From assembly GCA_021613535.1 (NCBI GenBank), contig CP075496.1:2914001-2978000 (forward strand): a DNA stretch of 64,000 nucleotides, read 5' to 3'. Position 1 is the stretch's first letter. Each line of letters begins with the position of its first letter. Both the position numbers and the translations under genes were made by a program. This stretch comes from Adineta vaga (Eukaryota > Animalia > Rotifera). The notes beneath the pieces are model-generated. The model had not been told where the DNA came from, did not search any database, and saw nothing but the letters and a program-made list of their open reading frames with translations. Positions 13,978 to 27,569 of this stretch are shown piece after piece.

Positions 13978-14995
13978 ATAGAATTCTTTTTTTAATTTAT
14001 TCAAGCATTTGTTTTTCTAACTAAAGAAGATTGTATTTATGATGATTTTATTATTAAAACAAATCTTTACTTTTGATGATAATAAACAGATCAAAGTTCT
14101 TTTTCTCATAAAAAGAATACCAAAACAAAATATACTGACAATATTTATGTTTTCAATTGATTAATATGAAGAAAATATTTCTTGGATTAACTTTTTATTA
14201 TGATGTCCTAATTAGATTAATGAGTAACAGAATATCAATGTTATGATTAGAAATATGATTCGAATATGTTTTTCATAGTAACAATTAACATCATTTTCAT
14301 ACTATATATCGTATTATAAATATATCTGAAAGAAAAGATCTGGAACATAAATTAAGTAATTATAAGGATGAAGTATATTCCCTCGACTGAAAGGAGATTC
14401 ACATGAAAAAAAATAGTTTGTGTGTCTGTATGTGTCAGGTTCAAAGATCAAGGGTGAAAAAAAACATTTTCTTGAAAATCATCCTAAAGATGGAAAGTCA
14501 TGAGTAGGGTGAGGGTGGGATTTGGGTGAAGAGTCAAAGGTCAAAAAAGCATTTTTTCGAAATTATCTAAAAAGTCGAAAGAATTCGATATGCAGTGGAT
14601 TCTAACGTTAAACAAACAATTTTCTAAAATTCTCGAGTTATTCAATGACACAACCGTTTCTGATAATGAGATTTGGACCGATGAGAGTTTTACATGGTCT
14701 AGCATTGCTCACATTTGTTTCTATCACCTTGAATTTTGGATCGATCATGTTTCTTCGTTCAAAAAATCCAGCCAATTACGGATTTTCCGATACTCGCCTG
14801 TGGACCGATATAAGGTTTTATCAGGCTGGATATTGAGTCAGTCAAAAATTCTATAATGGTTTAGGTAAACGGCACTCTTTAATCAGAGTGTCTAGTTCAA
14901 TCGATGAGTAAAATTAGAAAAACTATGAAGGTGAATGAGAACGATAGTAGACAAAAAAAGCAACCGTATAACCCATAAGTAGGTGTGCAAAGGGG

Positions 14996-15049
14996 AGCGG
15001 TTAGTCGTAAGTGGCTCCCTGAAGGGGCGCCGACAAACGACTAACTGCT
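14996..15049. repeat. GC-rich hairpin: 13-bp outer stem plus inner stem-loop
   Basis: agcggttagtcgt pairs with acgactaactgct (12/13, one G-T). Inner ggctccc-tgaa-ggggcgcc. Confidence 0.75.
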
Positions 15050-15087
15050 TAGCTTTATCATTTGGAATTTCGGATCGTTAAGACTAA

Positions 15088-15167
15088 TCAGACCATTAAT
15101 GAAGGTGTAAAAAACCGCAGGAAAACGCGGTTTGAGGCGGTATTCGACACCTTCATTAATGGTCTGA
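15088..15167. repeat. Perfect 21-bp inverted repeat with 38-bp spacer
   Basis: tcagaccattaatgaaggtgt (15088-15108) and acaccttcattaatggtctga (15147-15167). Confidence 0.92.
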
Positions 15168-18100
15168 CTTCCGCGGTGAGAAAAAACCGTCGATAACCGG
15201 GGTCTCAAAAACCGCCGAATAGCAGCGGTTTTTTGCCTTTTTTTCTCGTGGGTAGTGATTTGTCATATGAGATTTCAAAAGGATTTTGAAATTTTTACAG
15301 TTTGTATGAAATACACCTCACTGACAGTGTGATACATCTTTTCATGAGAATTCGCACAACGGAAGCTTTTAAAGCGCACTCAAAGAGGACATAATTTTGA
15401 CCAATTAATGAGAATTCAGTCGAGGTTCAAGCGAGTCAGCCTCGACGAGCGTTATTTATTGTAAATCGCACGAAATTCAAGTACAAAAATGAATGAGATA
15501 TGTACAGATTAATTTATATGATTTAGTGATTTTGATACTATGCAAAAAGTTTATTGTTGATAAAAACCTGATATATATACATATAAAAGAATTGGAAAAA
15601 AGAATAATGTCATGTTTACTAAAATATTTTTAAATTTATATAATCGAACGAAATATATGCGCTTATTGTTGTTAACGTCATATATTTGAGTTAAATTATT
15701 GATCATAACAAAGAAAATTTCAATCTTCTTTTCATATTTTGATATGACATAAATTATGTGAAATGCATTAATATTAAAAATGTGATACATCATTCTCTTC
15801 AGTAGTTAGAAGTCATTGTTGATCTTTTATTCATTTGATTAACATGTTATTTCAAGAAAGAAGTATTATCTACATTCCCGACAGATTTATAGTTATGAGA
15901 TTGTTGATACGTTTAACACTTGAATCTTATATAAATACCCACTTATAAACTGTCATGTCTAGTTGAAAATAATCATAACAAGAGATATTTTCATTTCCAT
16001 AAATGCAATGTCAAGTTTAACATAAGAATACGATTTCGATTAATAGTAATAGAAAACTACATAAGTTACTAAATGGTCTTATAGACAGTTCATTTCATGA
16101 TCTTTAGTCTTGTGACATCTAACAATTCTGGAATTTTCAATGTCTTAAAAAAAATCAAACTTTCTTGTATTTATATTCCGAGTACATTTCATCGGGGTTT
16201 TATTCTACTCATGTTTTTCGCTACTAAGCATATACACTTGTTTGTTCTGATTTATTCATACCTTTATGTTAAATCTGATTTCCTCTACCTGATTGCATTT
16301 TTCAATATGATTTTCTATTTGAATGATAATATACGATAGAATCATTGAAATAAAAACGGAAATACTGACTAACTATACTTATTTTCCATCCACAAGATTT
16401 GTCTTGCGAACAGAATTTCATCATTGGTCTGAATAAAAGGTAAAAATACGTCAATGTAGTACTTCATGACAGTTGTAATAAATAAATAAACCTTGAAGAA
16501 CTAAAAGCACATACTTCTTATCAGAATGAAACTTAAATCAAATAATATGTAACTTAATAGAAACAAATCTTTTTTTTATAAATATTATTGATCCATCATC
16601 GATAAAGGTCAAGTGATGTACAAAACTCTCATGAAAATTGAGACATGATTTTGTTCGAGATTTGAATAAAAATAACATTTTAATGAAATATTTATTCATT
16701 TGATTGAACAAGAGAAAAATCTAATGAAACTTGTGAATGTCTGTGAGAAAAAACAATGGTACGATTCTCTATTAGAAACGACTAGTTGTATAATCAATGA
16801 ATGAATAGAAGCGAGCAAAGAAAGATTTTATTCTCTTTTCAATGCTAATATTCATAGGAGCATTCATGGTTAGTATTTTTTTCTCGGCTAAACTCCAAAT
16901 AACAAACATAATCGGAGAGAAAAATGGCGAAGAAGAAAAAAAACGAGAGAGAGAAAAGAAAGAGAAAAAAAACAGAAGCCTATTTTGACAAACAAACCTA
17001 GACTCACATATTCCTTCTTGTATTATGTTATTATTATTTAGTTAATACAAAAATCTTTGATATGAATCTTTTTTTCGAAGTGATAATTTGATAATGAACG
17101 AAGAGAGAAAGAGGCAGATATATAAAACTTCAGATATTTATCATCTGATAATTATCATATTCAGTTAATACCATTAATAATAACAATATGTATATTCAAT
17201 CTTTCTTTCTTTCTTTTTCTGAGATCGAGAAAGAAAAAATGAGAGAGAAGAAAAAATTTTTTGTTGTAAGTGCACTATATATCTGACCTTGTATATGTTA
17301 TGGAATGAATGCTGCGAGGAAGGTAACAGAGTTAAAATAAGAATAATACGAAACGACATATGGTATTTAAAGTCTTAAACTTCAAAAAAGGAATAGAAAG
17401 ATTATTGTAAACTATTTTCCATTGTATTTCTAAGGTAAGTTCGAATAGAATTATCATGTATTGCTTACGTTTTGAGTAGTAAATTGGCACTGTTAAAAGT
17501 TTTTTCTCGAATCTAGATCGATTATGAAAGAATGTAAATAGGGTGTGTATGTTTTCTTACGAAGACCTCTTAGTTAGTGAAATTTATAGAAAATAATCAT
17601 TTTAATGAATTTTTTCAAGATGATATAAGCATTTTCCCCTCCATTTCGTGAGAAGAAACTTAATTTAATAGGAAATTTGTTGCCTTTTTCCCAGATGAAG
17701 TATCAATGAAATACTTAAATCACTATTTGACTGTTATCAATTTTTATCGAAAACATCATTGATAGTATTGCTCTGCTTTTTTAAAATATCTTATAGTCTT
17801 CGACAACATTCAATCTCTAATGGTGTGAGTTGTATGATTACATTTCAATAGCAATGAGCTCTATGAAATGTTCTCTTCTTTCTTCTTTTTATCGAGTATT
17901 CTCCGAGCTAACGCTATTATTAATGGAGCAACAACTTGTCGAGAAAAGAAGAACGCGAGAGGAAAAGATAGACGAGGAAAACGAAGACAGGGCAATGTTC
18001 GGTTTTCTTTTGCTAGCTACGGATGATGTCATCTTTTTTCTTTCTTTATCGTATGTAACAAAAACGCGAGATGATGATGATGAAGAAAAAAAAGAGAGAA

Positions 18101-19111
18101 GAAATGGAAAAAAAAGAGAAATGATGATTGGCGAAAGACACTAATCGTAAAGACATGGCAGAAGATAGCATAACGTATTGCCTGCGCATTGTGTCACATT
18201 CGATATGTACCATATCCCAATAAGAATGTTAGTTTATCAACCTTAGTTTTTCTGCAGATCGATTCGGAATATTGAATAGAAAGAGAGTTGTTTTCTTTTT
18301 ACCTCATTACTTTTATAAACAATTTTCGAGATTATTAAGTGCTAAAGAAAATAAACTCTTCGAACAAACGAATTTTACTTCTGTATAAAAAAAAGTCATA
18401 TGTTTTCACACATGCAAACAGAAATTAGAAGAAGACTTAAAAAATACATGTCACACGTAAACGATAAAATACACTACTCGTTTTTTATGGACATATATAG
18501 GTTTCATGTAATCTATAGTGTATACAACATACACTCTTATGTCTTGAGATTTGATAAAATATCTGCAAAAGAAAAAATGATTGCGTTTGTTCTTCGCCAG
18601 TCATGATTCAAATAAATGAAAGAGACGCAGTTTGTATTTTACCACCTGTCAGTCTATGCTATTTCTTCTCACATACTTATTCAATCATGTTTCATATTTC
18701 TGTCAAGATTTATATTCGAAGAATAGTTTTTATCGAATGTGTATGCGTGTGAAACTGTTTGGATATTATCTTACTAAGGTCGTTCAATGACCTTTCCAAG
18801 GAAACATATTTCTTTTCTTCCTTTTTCTATGTACTCCTCTGTCGTCTTTCATAAACTACTTGTAGTAATTGTATGATAGAATACTTTTTGACGTATAGAC
18901 AGAAGTGTTTTTTCATGGGCGAGAATAACTTTCCAGTTGGCCAGACGAGCTTATTGATTAAGATCAATCTTTGTTGATGATTAATGCATGCATAGAAAAT
19001 TATATATTTGTATATAGTTTCTTTTTCTATCAATTGTATTTGTCTTCGTCGATGATTATCCTTCCAAACTTTTGTTTATCTAGAAAATAAGATTGCAGAA
19101 AACACGACATC

Positions 19112-22100
19112 ATGTCTAATCCGCTCGGCGGACGTCCACCTTATTCGTCGTTACCAATTGATTCAGATCGAATTACTTCAGATCCCTCATCGACATCTAA
19201 CATTCCAATATCTGATTTTCGAAGGAATGAAGCTCGACCAATAATAAATGATGATGGTAAATATATAATGCTTTCGTTCTGTTTACATTTCTTACTTATA
19301 TACATATTTAAATTCGATTAGATCGACATAAATCAATATATCATCAGCCTAGTTTATCAACGTATAATCCAAGTGAACAACGACGAAGAAAACGTCATCG
19401 TCGATCACGTCAAGTTATGGAACCATCGGAGTTATCATTTAAAGCACTTTCGCTCACTGAAACAAATGATTCGACACATATTGGTAAGAAAAGAAAGAAA
19501 ATGTGATCTTGATTTTCTTTTTCTTTTTCTTTTTCTTTAAAAGACAATCCCAGTGCACGTGTACAATTTCTTTTGGGCGATGAAGATCAAGATGAAGATG
19601 ACGAGGAACATAAACCACATGATTTATTCATTGAACTAAATGAATTAGTTACGGATGGAGAAAAAGTTAATGAAGCTGGTGAACCAGTCGATCAAGGTTG
19701 GAAGGAAACAGCTCGGTAATTAATTCTATAATTGTATACTTAAGTCTAGTTTTTTTTTTAAATTTATTTTCCTTCTAGTTGGGTGAAATTTGAAGAAGAT
19801 GTTGAAAGTGGTGGTCGATGGAGTAAACCACATGTTGCTACTCTATCATTGCATTCATTACTTGAATTACGAAATTTTATTTCGAAAGGAAGTGTTATAC
19901 TTGATATGCATGCTGAACAATTACCAATGATTGTTGGTAAGAATTCCTACGAATATTCCTTCTATAAATGACAAAATGTTCTTTTGTTTTTAGATATGAT
20001 TCTTGATGATATGGTTGCTAATGAATTATTAATACCAGAAAAACGTATGATTGTACGTACTGCACTTCTTTTAAAACATGTTCATCAGGTTTGTTCGAGA
20101 AAACATTTTAAATGAAGTTATATAAAATACATTTAGCATGAAAAAGAATTTCATCGACATTTACATTCACAAGAAATGAGAAAACCATTACCATTTACAC
20201 GTTCATTAGCTGAATTTTCACGAAATCGTTCACAAAAAGATGTAACAATAACAAGTGTCGATCAAATGGCACCAGCAGCAACACCTAGTAGTTCAGCTTT
20301 AGCCTCAAATGTTAATCAAACATCATCACATAACATGAAAGGTAAGAAATAAAGAAAACTAGTTTATAAATTGGAAACTCCAGCTCTAAAATCTTCAATA
20401 ATAGTAGCAACAGGTGATACATCTGCTGAAAAATTTCTCTCAGGTATTTTCTTAGTAGTTCCCAATTATTCGTCTTTTTTGTGCATTGTGTGTTCATGAG
20501 CTTATATCACTTTCAGCCCTTCTTAATCGATTTCACAGTGGTAGACAAAGTACTTTACGTACTATATCTTCCACCTGTGAATTTCTTCTACATGGTAGGT
20601 AAATGCACCCAATAAAAAAACATACGAACAAACAATGATTTCACTGCATGACATCGAAAAAAAAAGTTTTTCAAAATAGATATATTTTACACATATAGAT
20701 ATATTCAAGTGCTTGTTATGTTTATTTTAGTTGGTAGTGGAGAACAATCAAAATTACGTCTTAATGAGACAGAAGAAGGAACAACTAGTTTTTCAAACGC
20801 GGAATCTCGTGCTAAAGTAGAAAAATGATTAAGTCTAAATGTCTTTATTTGTATATATATACTTTTTTCATTGTAGCTCAATTTACATTTTATGAAAAAA
20901 GTTCCACTCAATGCTGAAGCTACAAATGTTTTAGTTGGTGCTGTTGATTTTCTTCAAACACCTATCTATGCATTTGTTCGCTTATGGAAAGGCGTTACAC
21001 TTCCTGATCTTATTGAAGTTCCATTACCAACACGTTTTCTTTTTATTCTTCTTGGACCATGTAATGAACATTTGCGTTATCATGAAATTGGTCGATCAAT
21101 AGCAACTTTAATGGCTGATGAAGTATGTATCTATATATAACAATAGAAACTCATGTTAATTATTCTTTTTTTTCTAGATTTTCCATGATGTTGCTTATCG
21201 AGCACGAAATCGAGATGATCTGCTTGCAGGTGACTAAAAGAAAAGGTGCTGTAGTTCAGAAATAGCCGAAACGAAAAACAAAGAGACGTTGTTATTGAGA
21301 TAGCGAGCGAAATAATAAACAATAGAATATGTAAACAAAAAATAAAATACTTTGAATTTTAATTCTTCTAGGTATTGATGATTTTCTTGATCATGTTACT
21401 GTATTGCCACCGGGAGAATGGGATCCGAAAACACGTATTGAACCACCAAAAAGTGTACCAAATAAAGTATGATTTATATTACTTATTCATTGGATGATTG
21501 AAATCATTTCTTTTTTAATTATCATTTAGGAAGATCGACTTGATCGAACAAAAATCAATGGAGTTACACAAATGAATGAAACAGAGCATCATGAACATGA
21601 ATTAGATCCATCATTGATACGAACAGGAAGGTAAGAATCAAAATAAACATAAAATAATCCAAGAAAACATAGTACTTTTTGTTTAAATTAGATTTTGTGG
21701 TGGTCTTATTACTGATATTAAACGTAAAGCACCATTTTATCTCTCAGATATTACCGATGCTATATCATTTCAATCTGTTGCGGCAATTATTTTTCTTTAT
21801 TTTGCATGTTTATCACCGATCATTACATTTGGTGGATTGTTGAGTAAAGCAACTGATAATAATATGGTATGTCATATCAAATTTAAATGTAATATTCATC
21901 AATAAATTCATTCTTTCTTAGGCGGCAATTGAAAGTCTTCTATCAGGTGCCATTTGTGGTTGTTTATATCATTTATTTGCTGGTCAACCATTGACAATCT
22001 TAGGTAGTACGGGTCCTGTTCTTGTTTTCGAAACAATTGTTAACCATTTTTGCCAGTATTATATAATAGATATTATATCTAATAGAGAACATGATTTTCA

Positions 22101-25057
22101 CCTCTTTTGTAGATCTCATGGTCATGATTATATGAATTTCCGTTGTTGGATTGGTTTATGGACTGCATCGATTTTGTTAATCATGGTTGTTACAGATGCA
22201 AGTTATCTTGTTAAATATATAACAAGATTTACTGGTTAGTTTTCTTTTCTATTCTGCATATCCTGTGTATTTGTTTATTGAATTATGCTTTCCTTATACA
22301 TATGAAATAAGGTTAGACAAAATTAGTTTTTCGAATAATTCATTTTTCTAGATCAAGTCTCTTGATGTTATTGTTGTTGGAAGTTAATTTCTTTTCTATT
22401 GAAATTAACTTTTCGGAAGTGATTCTAATGAAGAGCAAAAGTTTATTATTCTTCTGAATAATAGAAGATGGTTATTTCCATTGAAATAGCAAGAGTCTTT
22501 TAGTTAGAATACTGCTTTCAACCCCAATAATAATCAAAATGTCAGTTTGACCTAAGAAATCAAGTAGAAATAATTGCATTTATCTATCGATAGAATACTT
22601 ATCATAACAAAATTTCTCAACAATGGACCTCTGAACAAATATTACCGTTTTACTTGTGTTTAGAGGAAAGTTTTGCTGCTCTGATTGGTATCATCTTTGT
22701 TTACGAAGCATTTGATAAAATGATTGAAATCAATAAACAACGACCTATTCGATTCCAGACGAAAAATATGTTACCAGCAAATTGCTCTTGTCTTTTATCC
22801 AATGGTACGAAAGTATTTAATTCTACAGTGTCAATCAATGTAAGAAATATGAGTTGTAATTGATATCGATAGAAAAATTTCTTTTATAATTTTTTTAGGA
22901 ATGTTTCAAAAACCAAGCATATACATTTATGGGACCTGAATGTCAAACAGTCTATGACAAGGCTTATATTCCAGATGTATTTCTCTTTTCAATAATTCTC
23001 TTCGTTTCAACATTTGCTCTTGCATATACATTAAAAAATTTCAAATTCAGTCGATTTCTACCTATGACTGTTCGTATTGATTTCATATGATACGAAATAT
23101 TTTTATTGAAAAGTTCTTTTTTTTCCCCATATAGATTCGTTCCAAAGTGAGCGATTTTGGTGTGGTTTTAGCTATATTTATTAATGTCTTCATTGATTAT
23201 ATGATTGGTCTCGACACACCTAAATTACTTGTCCCACAAAAATTTGCAACAACAAAAGACGGACGTGGTTGGGTCATAAATCCATTTGGAAAGAATCATT
23301 TAGTTTTATGGTTAGCTGCATTATTACCGGCTTTATTAGCTACCATTCTTATCTTTATGGATCAACAAATTACAGCTGTAATTATTAATCGAAAAGAAAA
23401 CAAATTGAAAGTAAATTGAGACACATAGATAAAGAAAACAAATTAAGATTTTCATTATTTATAGAAAGGATGTGGTTATCATTTGGATCTTCTAATTGTG
23501 GCACTTTGTATTGGAATTAATTCTGTTCTTGGTCTTCCATGGTTTGTTGCTGCTACAGTACTGTCAATAAATCATGTTATTGCACTTAAACTTGAATCAG
23601 AAACAGCGGCACCAGGAGAAAAAGCTAAATTTCTTGGTGTACGAGAACAACGTGTAACAGGATTTATCGTATTTCTTTTCATTGGTTTATCTGTCTTTTT
23701 AACTAAATTTCTTGGTTATATTCCAATGCCTGTTCTCTATGGCGTATTTTTATACATGGGTATTTCATCAATGAAAGAAATACAGTTAATATCACGTATT
23801 TTATTGATCTTTATGCCGGAAAAATATCAACCAGATTATGTTTATCTTCGACATGTTCGAACACGTCGTGTGCATATGTTTACATTTATTCAATTGAGTT
23901 GTTTAGCATTATTATGGATTATAAAATCAATCAAAAAAATATCGATTTTATTTCCCATTATGGTTTTAGCATTGGTTGGTGCACGAAAAGTTATGGATTA
24001 TTTATTTACACAACGTGAATTAGGATATTTAGATGATGTTATGCCAGAAGTTGTTAAGAAAGAAATTGAAGAAAGGAAAAATAGTGGAATTGAAGAAGAT
24101 ATTCAAGATGATATTAAGGTTTGTTATCAGTTGAAGATTTCTATAGATTTAGCATGGAATATAACAGAATGTCAAGCCTATTTACTAATATAGATATATT
24201 GTAAAATAGTTCAACATACAAATGAATTGTCTAAAGCAAAAACTAACTTATGTTTCTTTTGGATTGATTACAGTCTTACATTCCTTTGTCGTGTGAACTT
24301 CCTTATTTAACTCAAAAACCATCTTTTGATAGCATTCTTTGAGTAGTCTCATTCTATTGATCATAGTTGTATGATAATGACATGAACGGAAATTACTATT
24401 CACTATTGTCTTTAATCATTTTCCGTCCGTAATCTCCTAATCTATTCAATTTCATTCTTTAGACAGCTGAAACAATAACATTCGATAATGGCGAAATTCG
24501 TATACCTGTAGGTGATGGAAAAGTAATGAAAGTACCTACAGAGAATGTCAAAGTAATAATTGAAAAACAAAAGAAGACTTTTTTTTGTGTGTCTAAGTTC
24601 ATGTTATTTCTACCTCATAGATTAACACATCAACAGGTGTTATAAATTTTTCTGAGGAAGTCGGAAAAACATTTCTATGGAAATCAATTTCAAAGACAAA
24701 AGATAAAGAGCCAAGAACACCGGATGGAAAAAATCAAAAACAATCTAATAATGATAAATCATCACGTAGTTCAGCTATAAAGAAAAGGTTTTCATTTTCT
24801 ACTATCTAAAATTGATTTGACTAGAAATATGATTTATTATATTTAGAATTCGTAAATTAAGTTTGAATTTTCTCGGTCCAGATGAGGATCGACCATTAGT
24901 AAATTCAACCAACGATCTATCAATCAGTCCACACAATCAACAATTGCCATCAATTGTTATTGAACAACCTGAAATATCACTATTGAATGATAGCAATGAA
25001 TACCGTCAACGAACTAGTTCAACGTCGAGCAATCCTACTGACACAACAAAATTGTGA
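19112..25057 (+). CDS. SLC4 Na+-coupled bicarbonate transporter (NDAE1/SLC4A7-8-10 type), more than 20 exons
   Basis: [108 protein letters not shown]; ends TTKL (class I PDZ-binding type). Confidence 0.95.
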
Positions 25058-26670
25058 TGAAAAATTCTGCCTTTTCTGTTTGTGTGTTTGTTTGTTGCAT
25101 TCTTTTGTTTATTTTTCTTTTTTCTTCAATGTCGAACTTATTTTTACCCTCAGATAGTCATATCAAACAGTGATTCTTTCTATTTGAAATTTTACCAAAA
25201 CAAAACCTTCTATGACAACTAATATAGAAACGTCTTTCTTTTTCGAAGACTAACGAATGAAATCCGAGTTCGACATTGTTATCAACAATAAGCCCGGTCG
25301 GCATTTATTTTATCAATACATATATAAATATATATATCAGCAGTTTTATTTTTGTTTTTCTCTTCTTCTTCCATTTTTATCTATCGAATTTCGCTTGTTT
25401 TCCTTGTTTTTATTTATTTCATGGTAAACATTTGGCTTACCTTCTTTTGTCAAAGTAGTTTATTTGTATGTGTGCACGTATATGTCCGTATTTTGAGAAA
25501 AAAAAATTTATCGTGCAGTTTTATTTTCATTATTTGCATTGTGCTGCTTGCTCATACGTCAGTTATTCTTTGATTTCTTCCGTAGCGATCAACGTCAGCT
25601 TCGTGTTGCTGGTTATTCTCAAACACGCACAATCATTAATGATCATTTACAGTGATATATGAAGATTGTACTTCAGTAATTAATTTCCTATTAAAACTTC
25701 TATCGTGACAAAACAAAGATAATTATGGATAAAGTGCTACAGATACACCTAATTTCGTTAGACGTATGTCTTTTTGAACTATACAGAAGAATAATTAGAT
25801 AAAAAATTTCAATATAAGTCAGAAAATACTAGAGCGTAATTTGAGTGTGTATAACTAATCAATCATTAGAATGTTGATTATTTTTCTAAATAAAACTGGC
25901 AGACCAAATTAATAAAATCGTGATGAATTGATTTTTTCTTTCTCTAAAAATCAGAAAGGATTCAAAGCCGATTTTTGTTATGATAGAGTTGTTTTTCTAA
26001 AGACATACGAAAACATTTGTAGAAAAAAGCATTGCAGATAAGGCAACTCAGTTACTTCTACCAATAGTTTCATTGAAAATTGATCCTTTCGTTATAAATG
26101 AGTATCGGAACTGATAAGGAACACAGACATAATTATATCAATCAATTGAAAATCGAACGTTGACTTGATCTAGGAAATCGATAAGTAAGAAAACATTTAG
26201 CAAAGATCATAGCATCAAATAGCTTTGCGTTATCCCAAGAAATATGCCAATGCGTCACAGTACGCTTAGAAAGTCTGTGTATCAATCATAAATTTATCAA
26301 CTCAACTACCGATTGATCGGCAATATCAGTCAGTTGTTGGTAATTGTTGACAATTACATGCAAAGAGTTTTTTTAATCTCACTGCACTATCATTCATTCT
26401 GTTATTCTATGACAAGATTATAAAGTCTTATTTTGCTTGATATGATATTAGACACAGTTCATAAGAATCAAGAACAATATATTTCACTTTTCAGTCTTTA
26501 TACTTAGATTACTTGAAACAAACAATATAAATGCATAAAAATCCTTTCGGCTTCGAAACTTAACTTTCTTTAAGTAAAATATTAAACATACTTTTCATTC
26601 AACGAAAAACGGTAATGATTCTATATTTATCATCAGAAAAAACCTTTTCTAACAAAAAACAAAACAAGTA

Positions 26671-27376
26671 TCATGAGTCTGATTGATTTGTTCCTGGTAT
26701 CGGCCCGAGTATTTCAATATTTGTAATACGTATCATTGTCAATGGATCACGCCAAACTAATTCAAAATAAAAATATTGTTCTGTAATGAAAAATATCTAC
26801 AATATAGTTACGGTAATGTCTTTGTCCAACTTTCTTTCTCTTCGGTGCATACCAATGATCCATTTGGGTTTGTGATAGCGTTTTTTCAATAACAATGCCT
26901 TCAACGCGGACAAAATGTGGATTTAGAATAGGTCGTCCGATGACTGTAAAATCGGAACTACCAACAAGAAGAACCTTGAAGAAAAACAAGAGATTTACTG
27001 TGATTTATCGAATGAAAACTTACTTTTTCGAATCGAATTCGATCACCAATTGTTGGATGAAATTCATCAACTTTACAAATAATATCTTCAGTCGTTACTT
27101 TTCGTTGTTCATTACCAATTTGAATTACCGCAAATAATCGATTATGATAGTTGTCCCTAACGAGATGATTTACTTTATTATACAATTGTTGAACTTCTTT
27201 ATCATGATGTATCTTATCTTGAAGTACTTTTCTATTGATTTAAACAAAAAGAGAATGATTTTATTCGTAAAAAAGCAATAACTAACTTACGGTATAGTTC
27301 GAACAAACATATGTTGCTGTTGAAAGATAGATCTGTGTTTTACCACTAGAGATAAACATCTAGATAATGTATTCAT
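26671..27376 (-). CDS. MRPL21: Mitochondrial ribosomal protein L21 (bL21m), 4 exons
   Basis: [55 protein letters not shown]; basic N-terminal leader. Confidence 0.92.
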
Positions 27377-27569
27377 CTCGAAAAAAGAAAAGAAAGAATA
27401 AAATTCATTAACATCTGGCTTTCGAACAAAATCACAATTATCATCGAATCAAACGTGTTGGTTTGTTTGTTTTGTTTTCTATACATATTTGGCCAAAGAA
27501 AAAAAGAAGGAAGAAAACAGTAGAAATACAAATCAATAAATAGTTTTTATTGCACTCGTAATTCCTCAT

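Larger units (their letters stand above)
14430..15480. mobile_element. Composite patch of probable non-autonomous transposon fragments (MITE/Helitron-like)
   Basis: Locally higher GC, a degenerate duplicated unit (tcaaag.tcaa...aaaa.cattt..tgaaa.t.atc..aaa), a G-tract and three inverted repeats. No transposase ORF and no clear TSD. Confidence 0.45.

Noticed and set aside
14590-14856. ORFs 14590-14856 and 14645-14836 as possible transposase remnants
   Set aside because: No DDE, HTH, RT or Rep/Hel motifs recognised; more likely non-coding repeat sequence.
22235-24462. Longer SLC4 introns as snoRNA hosts
   Set aside because: Only partial box C/D-like words, with no terminal stem or recognisable guide.
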